Shown here one piece after another: positions 19,550 through 28,405 of a stretch of 64,000 nt of DNA. The translations under genes and the position numbers were made by a program. Location of the stretch: assembly GCA_905193755.1 (NCBI GenBank), contig CAJJPX010000004.1, positions 105 through 64,104 on the forward strand. Reading direction: 5' to 3'. Position 1 is the first letter of the stretch. The number at the start of each line of letters is the position of its first letter. The DNA comes from an uncultured Clostridium sp. (GTDB taxonomy: Bacteria; Bacillota_I; Bacilli_A; RF39; UBA660). The notes beneath the pieces are model-generated. The model was not told the origin of the DNA and did not search any database. It saw only the letters and a list, made by a program, of their open reading frames with translations.

Positions 19550-21049
19550 TTACATCTCCTCATACATTTCTTTTAATTTTACTCTATCTATTTTACCATT
19601 TGCATTATATGGCATTTTACTTACTTTTATTATTTTGTTTGGTCTCATATAACTAACAAGTTTTTCACAAGCAAATTTGTTAACATCTTCTTCTTTAAGT
19701 TTGTTTCCTTCATAGAATAATACTATTTGTTTATTGTTAGAATCGTATATACAAGCACATAGTGTTATACCATCTAATGCATTTATGTTAGTTTCTATTT
19801 CTCCTAGTTCTATTCTATAACCCATATGTTTTATTTGAAAGTCTTTTCTTGATAGATATATAAGTTCATTATATTCATTGTATTTAACTATGTCACCTGT
19901 TCTATAGATATATTCAATGAATGATTTATTAAGTGGATTTTGGATAAATGTTGTATCTGTTTTTTCTTTGTTGTTATAGTATCCTAGTCCTAGAATTGAA
20001 CCTTTTATGCAAAGTTCTCCTTCTTCACTTTCATTATTGTTTTCATCTAGTATTATTGCTTCACAGTTATTACATGGTTTTCCGATTGGTAGAGTTTCAT
20101 TATCTTTGAAGTCTCTATTTACTACATAGTATGTACATATATCAGTAAGTTCAGTTGGTCCATATAGGTTAGCGTACATTAACTTTGGTAATGCTTTTCT
20201 CCATATATTTAATGGTTTCATAGGCATTACTTCTCCTGCAAATAATACTTTACGTAGATATCTTGGTTTTATCGCATCAAATGTCTTTAAGTTAGCTACG
20301 ATTGATAATGCTGAAGGAACCCAATATATTGTGTTTACTTTATGTTCATCCATAAACTTTATTAGGTTTAGTGGGAATGAGAAGTAACTCTTTGGAATTA
20401 TTACAAACGTGCTTCCATTCATTATAGTACTAAATATATCTGATACTGACATACTGAAGTAAAATGGTGTTTGACTACCAAATATAGTTTTTGATGTTAT
20501 ATCAAATGTTTCAGAAAACCACTTACTGTAAGATATAACTGATTTATGTGATATAACACTACCTTTAGGTACTCCAGTTGAACCACTTGTGAATAATATA
20601 TACATAGGATTAATATCTATGATACGAGAATTTATATTATCTAATAGTTCTTCATCAATATTGTTAGATTCTTCTATATTCATTAATTCATAATTCAAGT
20701 TATAACTTTTAAATTTGTCTATATTTTTATTATCAGATATAACTAGTGATGGATTTAATGTTTCTAGAATACTAGTTACTCTATTAAGAGGCATATTTAC
20801 ATCTAATACAGTATAAAAGTTTCCACTATAAGTTACACCTATCATAGAACTTAAGCAATTAATAGTTTTATCTATGAATATAGCAATAGGCTTATTATAA
20901 AGATTATACTTTGATATAGATGTAGCTATTTTTCTAGAATAATCTCTAAAGTCAATATATGTAATGCTCTTATCTTTTTCAACAAAAGCTACTTTGTCAC
21001 CATTCTTTTTACATATTTCATCTAAATAGTTTGTTATGCATTTTTTCAT
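19550..21049 (-). CDS. dltA: D-alanine--carrier protein ligase-like adenylating enzyme
   Basis: ANL motifs LFTSGSTGVPKG, YGPTE, YRTGDIV and NANGKIDRVKL. The 499-aa length is typical of DltA. Substrate is not proven. Confidence 0.7.
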   Translation of the reverse strand: MKKCITNYLDEICKKNGDKVAFVEKDKSITYIDFRDYSRKIATSISKYNLYNKPIAIFIDKTINCLSSMIGVTYSGNFYTVLDVNMPLNRVTSILETLNPSLVISDNKNIDKFKSYNLNYELMNIEESNNIDEELLDNINSRIIDINPMYILFTSGSTGVPKGSVISHKSVISYSKWFSETFDITSKTIFGSQTPFYFSMSVSDIFSTIMNGSTFVIIPKSYFSFPLNLIKFMDEHKVNTIYWVPSALSIVANLKTFDAIKPRYLRKVLFAGEVMPMKPLNIWRKALPKLMYANLYGPTELTDICTYYVVNRDFKDNETLPIGKPCNNCEAIILDENNNESEEGELCIKGSILGLGYYNNKEKTDTTFIQNPLNKSFIEYIYRTGDIVKYNEYNELIYLSRKDFQIKHMGYRIELGEIETNINALDGITLCACIYDSNNKQIVLFYEGNKLKEEDVNKFACEKLVSYMRPNKIIKVSKMPYNANGKIDRVKLKEMYEEM

Positions 21050-21094
21050 AAAATTTTCACACCCATTGTAAGTATATCATAATTAAATAGTAAA

Positions 21095-21117
21095 TAAAAA
21101 CTAGTTTTCACTAGTTT
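21095..21117 (-). terminator. intrinsic terminator of the DUF2130 gene
   Basis: 8-bp stem AAACTAGT / ACTAGTTT with a 4-nt loop, followed on the minus strand by TTATTTA. It overlaps the stop codon. Confidence 0.5.
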
Positions 21118-22423
21118 CTATGATTGATTCTTTTGATTTTGGTTTTTCTTCTTTTAGTTTGTCAAACATTTCAGTCATTGTCTTGTTGTTATGAGTTAAT
21201 CTTTTTATAGATAAATCTTCTGCTTTATTGTTAGCAAGACGTAGGTTATCATCTGTCTTAAGTAGATGTTCTTTTGTTTTTTGTAGGTGATCAATAGTTT
21301 TATCAATCTCTTCGATTGCTTTAGCAAATCTTTCACTAGCAAGTCTATAGTTTCTACCGAATCCTTCTTTGAATGCATTAATGTTTTCTTCAAAGTGTGT
21401 TATATCAATATTTTGATTCTTTATAAGTTCTAGTTCTTTTCTATATTCTAGAGATTTATTAGCTAAATTTCTTATTAAAGTAATTAGCGGTATAAAGAAT
21501 TGAGGTCTTATAACATACATTTTGTCATAAAGATGAGAAACATCTACGATACCATCATTATAGTAGTCATTATCTACTTCAAGAAGTGTTACTAGTACTG
21601 CATATTCACATTTCTTTTCCCTTCTATCTTTATCTAGTTCTTTAAAGAAGTCTTCATTTTTATGCTTAGTAGATGTTGTATCAGCTTCGTTTTTCATTTC
21701 AAACATAATAGATACTATTTCATTACCATCATCATCGTAATCTCTAAATATAAAGTCACCTTTAGAACCCGTTCTAGCATCATTATCTTTTTCAAAATAA
21801 GCATTTTTAAATAGTGGTCTTAATCTATTAAATTCAATGTTACAATGTTGTTCTAAAGATTCTCCTATCATTTTAGTAGATTGTTTTGCTTTGAAATCTT
21901 TATAGTATGCAATTTGTTCATCTTTATCTTTAAGTTTAGATTCATAAGAATCCTTAATAGTATTTTCTTTTAATTCGTGTTCTTTAGCTATAATAGTAAG
22001 TTCACTACTTAAGTCAGATATTTTTTTATCTTTCTCAGTTATTGCTTTTTGAATTTCAAGTTCACTCTTAGACGCTTGTAATTCTATTTTACTTTTAAGC
22101 TCGGATATTTCTAAATCACGTTTAGATAATTCTTCTTGATATTGTTTTTCTAGTTTTGATAGAGTTTGTTCTTCTTTAGTTTTAAGTTCACTCTTTAGAG
22201 TAGTTATTTCTAAATCTTTTTCATTTAATGATTTAGTTAGTTCTTCTTTGATATGTGCTTCAGCAAGTTTAATACTACTTTCTTTATCTCTTTTGTGTTC
22301 TTGTTCTCTTAGTTCTAACTCTTTTTCAAATTCTTTATCTCTTATTTGTTTTACTACTTTGTCATAATCACTTTCATCTATTTGAAAGACTGTTCCACAG
22401 TTTGGACATTTTATTTCGTTCAT
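21101..22423 (-). CDS. DUF2130-family protein (zinc ribbon, coiled coil, nuclease-like C-terminus)
   Basis: MNEIKCPNCGTVFQIDESDY start, a long E/K-rich coiled coil, and a C-terminal block GDFIFRDYDDDGNEIVSIMFEMKNE (D...E.K-like). Confidence 0.65.
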   Translation of the reverse strand: MNEIKCPNCGTVFQIDESDYDKVVKQIRDKEFEKELELREQEHKRDKESSIKLAEAHIKEELTKSLNEKDLEITTLKSELKTKEEQTLSKLEKQYQEELSKRDLEISELKSKIELQASKSELEIQKAITEKDKKISDLSSELTIIAKEHELKENTIKDSYESKLKDKDEQIAYYKDFKAKQSTKMIGESLEQHCNIEFNRLRPLFKNAYFEKDNDARTGSKGDFIFRDYDDDGNEIVSIMFEMKNEADTTSTKHKNEDFFKELDKDRREKKCEYAVLVTLLEVDNDYYNDGIVDVSHLYDKMYVIRPQFFIPLITLIRNLANKSLEYRKELELIKNQNIDITHFEENINAFKEGFGRNYRLASERFAKAIEEIDKTIDHLQKTKEHLLKTDDNLRLANNKAEDLSIKRLTHNNKTMTEMFDKLKEEKPKSKESIIETSEN

Positions 22424-22432
22424 TGTTCCTCC

Positions 22433-22636
22433 TTATAAATATAGACTTTTTCCTACTACATAGTCATTGATATCAAATCCATTATTTTGTGCGATATTTA
22501 TGAGTTCACTTGGACTAGCATTTTCTACTCTTGATAGTTCAATCATTGCTTGTGGTGAACCATTAAACATAGCTGTACCAAAATAATCTATTAAGTCTCT
22601 TCTGAGTCTTTCTATATCAATTTCATAATTATTCAT
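22433..22636 (-). CDS. small hypothetical protein (67 aa)
   Basis: ATG at 22636 preceded by GAGGTG. Its stop lies 9 nt upstream of the DUF2130 start. Confidence 0.5.
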   Translation of the reverse strand: MNNYEIDIERLRRDLIDYFGTAMFNGSPQAMIELSRVENASPSELINIAQNNGFDINDYVVGKSLYL

Positions 22637-22676
22637 TTCACACCTCACACGTACATTATAACATACAAAAAGAAGT

Positions 22677-23765
22677 TTATTTCTTTAAACTTCTTACATG
22701 TCTTTCAATTCTTGATTTGTCTTCAATTGTTAAAAATGCATGAGGATATATTGTTGGATAAATTTCATTTGAATATGGTTTATAACCTGCTCTATCTACA
22801 TTTCCAAACATTCCTTGCATTGTTAAACATACTTGATATAATTCATCATTTACTACTACTCCAGTCCACATATGGCTTTCTCCTGTTGGAATCGAACCCG
22901 AAATCAATTGACAATTAACATCTAAATATGGGTTAAATAACATTGATCTATATAATCTTGACTGTCCTTCACATACACCTGATTTATGTGTTAGAGTTCC
23001 ATATGGTTTTGATTCATAACGTGATTCAGATGGTTTTAAAACAATACATCCACGTTCTCTAGAGCTCATTGTTCTATCACCTGCAAATCTTATTGTGTTA
23101 TGTATATCATTATAGACCAAAAACATTTTATCAAATTCAGTTAGTCTTTGAAAATGATATTTACTTTCTAATATATTAGCATAATTTACTATAAATCTTT
23201 TTAATCTTATAGCATCTTCTAAGTCACTATTATTTGCTTTTCCATAATTGAAATATAACTTTTCACTTAGTGTTCTTATTACGTTATCCGATAACCATAT
23301 TAAGTCATCTTGACCTAAACCAATAATTTTACCTTGTGCTTCATCAAGTCTTAAACTAGTTAATTGACTTGGATTTCTATTAATTGTTAATATTAAAGAT
23401 GTTGCATCTTTATATCTCCAGTTCATACGTTTCATTAATTCATTATATAATCTAAAAGAATCATCTGATGTATAAAATATAATTTGCCTTACATTTGGCA
23501 TTGAATTAATTTTTTCAAGTAAATATAATCTTTTTAATTTTTCATCTATAGTGTTTGGTACTGTTTCATCAAATATAACAAAGTCTTTTTCATATGAATC
23601 ATTAGGCTTTGCTTCACTAATGAATTTATCAAATTTATCATAAGTTATATGGTAAGTAATCTTTCCATTAAGTATTCTTATATTTCCTCTTATATTTGCT
23701 TTTTTTGGTTGAGATACTCTTACATCATATTGATTAGTTCTAACATAACTTGCAAATCTATCCAT
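22677..23765 (-). CDS. hypothetical protein with transglutaminase-like Cys/His core (putative)
   Basis: SGVCEGQSRLYRSMLF ... GESHMWTGVVVNDELY resembles the papain-like transglutaminase fold Cys...His spacing. Confidence 0.4.
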   Translation of the reverse strand: MDRFASYVRTNQYDVRVSQPKKANIRGNIRILNGKITYHITYDKFDKFISEAKPNDSYEKDFVIFDETVPNTIDEKLKRLYLLEKINSMPNVRQIIFYTSDDSFRLYNELMKRMNWRYKDATSLILTINRNPSQLTSLRLDEAQGKIIGLGQDDLIWLSDNVIRTLSEKLYFNYGKANNSDLEDAIRLKRFIVNYANILESKYHFQRLTEFDKMFLVYNDIHNTIRFAGDRTMSSRERGCIVLKPSESRYESKPYGTLTHKSGVCEGQSRLYRSMLFNPYLDVNCQLISGSIPTGESHMWTGVVVNDELYQVCLTMQGMFGNVDRAGYKPYSNEIYPTIYPHAFLTIEDKSRIERHVRSLKK

Positions 23766-23882
23766 GATGTCCCCCTTTTAAATGTTTTGTATTATATCAT
23801 AAATGATACTACTAGTCAATTAAGTGTAAATTTCATTTGGTTTACAAAATTAAAAATAGTATTTACTTTTTGGGGGTAAATA

Positions 23883-25535
23883 CTATTTATTTTTAAGATA
23901 TTTTGCTGCATTTTTAGCAGAATCTTTACCTACTTGAGATAGAGATGCTGCTGTTAAGTGAATACTATTATTAATGGTTTTATCATCTTTAGGTACTTCT
24001 TCTAATGCAAATATTTCTTTATATTCTTTATCATATGCAATATATCCTAAATCTGAACCAAGTATTATATCATTATTATTTCTTATTAGTTTTTCTTGTT
24101 CTTCATGTATTTTCTTAACATATTCATCAACATCTTTCTTTTCATTTAATTGCCATGATGTTTCTACTAATACACCGAAAGATAATCCTAAATCTTTCTT
24201 TAAATAATTATGTACTTTCATATATGTATCGTAGTATTTGTTTTCTTTTGATAACTCTTCTGTAGCATCAGAGCATCCTTGATACATAACATAGAATCTA
24301 TTAACTACTCTATATCCATTATTTTCTAAATATTCTACTGCGCGTAAGTATTTTTCTTTAGTAGCTTCATATATATGTTGATTATCTTTATATTCTTGGT
24401 CAGTACTTGGTAAGAAGTTTGCTATTGGTTCTCCTCCATTAGATGCCATAATTGATACCATTTTATTACCTGTTTCATCATAATATGTTTTAGCAAACTG
24501 TGGAATCATATTTGTTCCATATGATGGTAAGAGTGAATAATACTCATCACCTTTTTTAGAATGTCTAAATTTATTATCTATGTATATTGATTTTTCACCA
24601 AGTGTTTTAGTTTTAGATGTTATCATTTCTAGAACACTTTTATTCTTTTCATCTATTCTAAAATCATATGCTGTATTTTCTGGTATTTGTACGCTAACAT
24701 AACTAAATGTTTTATATTCTTTTAATATATCTTCATCTATAAATTTAGTTAAGTCTCTTGTATCTTTTGTTTCTTGTTCATATTTGTACATTCCAGTGTA
24801 CCCAACCATATTAGATTGACCAAAGAATAATACTAAATCTATATCTTCTGCCCATATAGCATATAAGTCTATTACTTTTTTATCTTTTTGAGTATCTATT
24901 TTTTTATTATAAACATCATTAATCCAGTCATCAGATACAACATCATATATTTCGTATTCAGGTACTCTTGTGTCTTTCTTTATTGACCAACCAAGTAACT
25001 TATGACTAGTGTCCCATAATTCAAAATCATATTTTTTGTTATTAATGATTCCATAAGTATTTTTATTTCCTTCAACTAAAGTTTGTCTTAATTCAATAGT
25101 ATCTTTATTATTTAGATTTCTATGATATATAACAGTTATTGACTCTTTTACTTTAATTCTTACTTCAGCTATTTTATTATCAAATGTTTTAGCTGTTATT
25201 TTAGTAATACCAGGCTTTTTGGCCGTTACTTTTCCATTTTTATCTACTTCAGCTATATCTTTATTATCACTTAACCAAATAACATTTTTAGCCACTGAAT
25301 TCTTATTAAAATTGATTTTAATAGTAATGGATTCATTTTCTACTAAAGTGGCTTCTTTTATATCTGAGTTTATATCATCTGAAACTGTTAATACTGATGA
25401 TATATTATTTTTGTCTATGTTTAAATCTACTTTACAACTATCTTTATATTTAAAACTTAAAAAAAGTATTGAACTTAAAACTGATAATATAAATACTGTT
25501 AAAATTGTAATTGTTGTTTTAATTCTATTATTCAT
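23883..25535 (-). CDS. secreted/anchored BIG2-domain protein with SASA-type (sialate O-acetylesterase-like) esterase domain
   Basis: N-terminal TM/signal, Ig-like BIG2 repeat (WLSDNKDIAEVDKNGKVTAKKPGITKITAK), and the FFGQSNMVGYTG esterase signature. Confidence 0.65.
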   Translation of the reverse strand: MNNRIKTTITILTVFILSVLSSILFLSFKYKDSCKVDLNIDKNNISSVLTVSDDINSDIKEATLVENESITIKINFNKNSVAKNVIWLSDNKDIAEVDKNGKVTAKKPGITKITAKTFDNKIAEVRIKVKESITVIYHRNLNNKDTIELRQTLVEGNKNTYGIINNKKYDFELWDTSHKLLGWSIKKDTRVPEYEIYDVVSDDWINDVYNKKIDTQKDKKVIDLYAIWAEDIDLVLFFGQSNMVGYTGMYKYEQETKDTRDLTKFIDEDILKEYKTFSYVSVQIPENTAYDFRIDEKNKSVLEMITSKTKTLGEKSIYIDNKFRHSKKGDEYYSLLPSYGTNMIPQFAKTYYDETGNKMVSIMASNGGEPIANFLPSTDQEYKDNQHIYEATKEKYLRAVEYLENNGYRVVNRFYVMYQGCSDATEELSKENKYYDTYMKVHNYLKKDLGLSFGVLVETSWQLNEKKDVDEYVKKIHEEQEKLIRNNNDIILGSDLGYIAYDKEYKEIFALEEVPKDDKTINNSIHLTAASLSQVGKDSAKNAAKYLKNK

Positions 25536-25607
25536 TTTCTACACCTTAACATTTAAAATTTTAACATAATTAAGATGTGTAAGCAATAAAGTATAAAGTT
25601 ATTGACA

Positions 25608-25632
25608 AATAAAAAGTAGAAAAAATTCTACT
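25608..25632 (-). terminator. intrinsic terminator after 25646..25987
   Basis: On the minus strand, AGTAGAA-TTTT-TTCTACT followed by TTTTATTTG. Confidence 0.55.
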
Positions 25633-25645
25633 TAGTATATTTTTA

Positions 25646-25987
25646 TTATCTAATGATTATAGATTCAAAATATTTTTCTTGAAATTCAGTTAAAGCTCTT
25701 ATAGCATCATCACTATAGTCTTTTCCTTCTTTTGAAACTATTAGTTTGTCATCGTCATCATTAGTTCTATGAATTATAGCTATTACTTTTCCTTTGCTTT
25801 CTTTTACTGGTTCAAATTCTCCTAGTAAATAGGCATCTAACTCTTCACCATCACCACTTATTGTGTTTGGAATGTAGCCATAGTTTATCATATACATAAA
25901 CCCATGTTTAGGATGACGTGTACCGAGTGGTCTATCTATTTCAATAGATACTTCTTTGCCTAAATAATCTTTAGCGTTTGTTTTCAT
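25646..25987 (-). CDS. minimal inorganic-pyrophosphatase-like protein (113 aa)
   Basis: DRPLGTRHP...NYGYIPNTISGDGEELDAYLLG matches the family I PPase metal-binding core (DGDPLD-type). The protein is about two thirds of canonical length. Confidence 0.6.
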   Translation of the reverse strand: MKTNAKDYLGKEVSIEIDRPLGTRHPKHGFMYMINYGYIPNTISGDGEELDAYLLGEFEPVKESKGKVIAIIHRTNDDDDKLIVSKEGKDYSDDAIRALTEFQEKYFESIIIR

Positions 25988-25990
25988 TTG

Positions 25991-26332
25991 TTACTCCTCA
26001 CGTAAAAAGTTCATTAACATAAATAAACTTATCTTACAATCACAATATTTTTGTAGATTTTCATAGGCTTTCTCTAATTTTTCATCATAACTATATTCTT
26101 TAATTGTATAGTATATTAATCCAAAGAAATATGTTGGCTTATATTGAACCATTTGAAGAAATTTTTGGTGTACTTCAGGTGATAATGATTTAATTATTTT
26201 ATTTAGATTATCAAAAAATTCATATATGTCGAACTTTTCTACTTTCATTATACTTTCAATTGTTTCATTAAATTCACTGCGAATTTCTCCTTTATCATTC
26301 TTATAACTTAAATAAAATTGTTTATTATTCAT
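25991..26332 (-). CDS. hypothetical protein (113 aa)
   Basis: Strong SD AAGGAGGAG. Its stop lies 3 nt from the next start. No recognisable motif. Confidence 0.55.
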   Translation of the reverse strand: MNNKQFYLSYKNDKGEIRSEFNETIESIMKVEKFDIYEFFDNLNKIIKSLSPEVHQKFLQMVQYKPTYFFGLIYYTIKEYSYDEKLEKAYENLQKYCDCKISLFMLMNFLREE

Positions 26333-26469
26333 AATATTTTCTCCTCCTTAAATATATTTTAACATACACTTTTGTTCTCACTTCACTTTTTTATTAATTT
26401 TTAATTTTTTCGTTACTAATATATAAAAAGAATACTATAAACATAATATTATTTGAATAGTTTTACATA

Positions 26470-27120
26470 TTAACCTAATAATTTTCTAATATTATTTAAT
26501 ATACATTCATCAATTTTATCATCTGATGATAATTTTATTTTTTTGTTATTTCTAGGATATCCATTAATACTTTTTAATATTAATATCCATCTATAATCTA
26601 TTGTATTTAACAATTCACTCTTATTATTATTTATTTCATTTAATAAATTTGTATCAATTTCTATATATTCGTTACCTTTTGCATAATTGTATATTTCAGT
26701 ATCTTTGCCATTAATTATTTTGAATCTCCAAGATACATCATTTTTTAAAATTTCAACTATTTTTTCAATTGTTTGTTGATATGTTGCTTTAATCTTTGTG
26801 TTTTCAAAATTTATTTTTGATATTTCTTTTAATTCATAATTTTTTTCAATATAAATGTTAATTAGTTCTTTTATATATTTTATTATTATAGGCATCTTTA
26901 ATATATTAGTTGACTGTTTTAAATCAAAGAATATAATTTGATTCCAATAATACTTTATATATTTTTCTGCAATTTCATCAAATTTTATAATTACTTTTTC
27001 TTTGCTTAAATCATGTTTTAATGATAGTTCAACAATTGATTTTCCCCATGCCATTTTATAAGTATTATCATAATTACATTCTCTAATTATTTGTTTAAAT
27101 AATTCATATTTATTTTTCAT
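26470..27120 (-). CDS. hypothetical protein (216 aa), third gene of the AIPR-ARH cassette
   Basis: SD AGGAAG overlaps the stop codon of the ARH gene. Only an N-terminal NTYKMAWGKSIVELS helix motif is notable; no catalytic motif was recognised. Confidence 0.6.
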   Translation of the reverse strand: MKNKYELFKQIIRECNYDNTYKMAWGKSIVELSLKHDLSKEKVIIKFDEIAEKYIKYYWNQIIFFDLKQSTNILKMPIIIKYIKELINIYIEKNYELKEISKINFENTKIKATYQQTIEKIVEILKNDVSWRFKIINGKDTEIYNYAKGNEYIEIDTNLLNEINNNKSELLNTIDYRWILILKSINGYPRNNKKIKLSSDDKIDECILNNIRKLLG

Positions 27121-27128
27121 TATACTTC

Positions 27129-28370
27129 CTAACTATATTTTTCTATAAATTTACTATGTATATCTTTTAAGTATTCATCTAAATATGTCATGCCTTTATT
27201 ATAAATATTTTTTGGTATTCCATAGTATGCTGCTGCAATACCTCCTACTACTGCTGCTATAGTATCGCTATCTCCGCCTATTGATATAGCATTTCTTATT
27301 GAATCTTCATAATTTGTTGATTCTAAGAAACATACTATTGCCATTATCACTGTATCTATACATTTTATACTTCCCTTTATGCCTGATTTCTTTATATCAT
27401 CAAGTGATTTATCTAGTTTAATGTAATTGTTTTCAATATAGTATTTTATATATCCTTTTGTTTTATTTTGAAGAGCTAGATGTATGGCCATGCATACAAT
27501 TTCAGCACCCATCAAACTTTCTTCGTGATTATGAGAAACATTAGTTACGATTTTGCATACTTCTTTTATAGTTTCTTCATCTTTAAATGCTACTGGTATA
27601 GCGCTTACTCTCATAGCTGCTCCATTAGCATAACTACCATATGGTTTATGATCAGTAGTTAGCCATCTTAGAAAACCTGAACCATATCCACAATTTGGAT
27701 ATTTAAGACCTACATTAACCATATCGTTTATAACTAATTCTTCGAAAGTATCAATACTCTTATATTCTAATAATGCTTTTGCTACTGCAAATGTCATAAC
27801 TGTATCATCAGTAAATTCATCTCTAGGATCAAAGAATTCAAATTTTTTACTTTTAAAACCACTAAATTCATATATAGAACCTACTATGTCTCCTATAGCA
27901 GTTCCCATTACAACATCTCTTATGTTTTTATCTATTTTATCATCATCATTTATCATATCAGCTAATGCTTTTTTCCAGTTAGTAAATATTTCTATTGGTT
28001 TTCTTTCACTTGTTAAATATTTTTCTAGATATGGTTTATACTTATCATATAATCTTTTATCAACTGAAAGTCCATTACCAAATCCCATATAAATATATTG
28101 ATATTTTCCTTGATAGTTTTCATTTTTACAATTTTTCCTGGTTTCATACCATTTAGGAAAAACTTTTATAGCATCCTTTAACAATATTGAATCTTCTGTT
28201 CTTTCACCATACATCCAGCCATCTACTCTATAAAGAATGAATGTATTATTTTCTTTCATAACAAATGATATTCCATCTTCATCCCACATTCTTCCGGGAT
28301 TAGTTATGAACATTAAATTATCTTCATTTAATTTTAAAAATTCTTCTTTTGTTATTGTATTTGCTATCAT
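27129..28370 (-). CDS. ADP-ribosylglycohydrolase (ARH/DraG family) with an unassigned N-terminal domain of about 150 aa
   Basis: ARH signatures VMGTAIGDIVGSIYEF, FTDDTVMT and GGDSDTIAAVVGGIAAAYYGIP. Residues 1 to about 150 have no match I can name. Confidence 0.85.
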   Translation of the reverse strand: MIANTITKEEFLKLNEDNLMFITNPGRMWDEDGISFVMKENNTFILYRVDGWMYGERTEDSILLKDAIKVFPKWYETRKNCKNENYQGKYQYIYMGFGNGLSVDKRLYDKYKPYLEKYLTSERKPIEIFTNWKKALADMINDDDKIDKNIRDVVMGTAIGDIVGSIYEFSGFKSKKFEFFDPRDEFTDDTVMTFAVAKALLEYKSIDTFEELVINDMVNVGLKYPNCGYGSGFLRWLTTDHKPYGSYANGAAMRVSAIPVAFKDEETIKEVCKIVTNVSHNHEESLMGAEIVCMAIHLALQNKTKGYIKYYIENNYIKLDKSLDDIKKSGIKGSIKCIDTVIMAIVCFLESTNYEDSIRNAISIGGDSDTIAAVVGGIAAAYYGIPKNIYNKGMTYLDEYLKDIHSKFIEKYS

Positions 28371-28405
28371 TATTTATTCTCCTTTAGAATGTAATCTGTG
28401 ATTTT

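Noticed and set aside
21205-21393. A 62-aa minus-strand ORF nested in another frame of the DUF2130 gene.
   Set aside because: It is fully internal to a longer ORF with clear domain structure. It has no SD and its composition is typical of an out-of-frame artefact.
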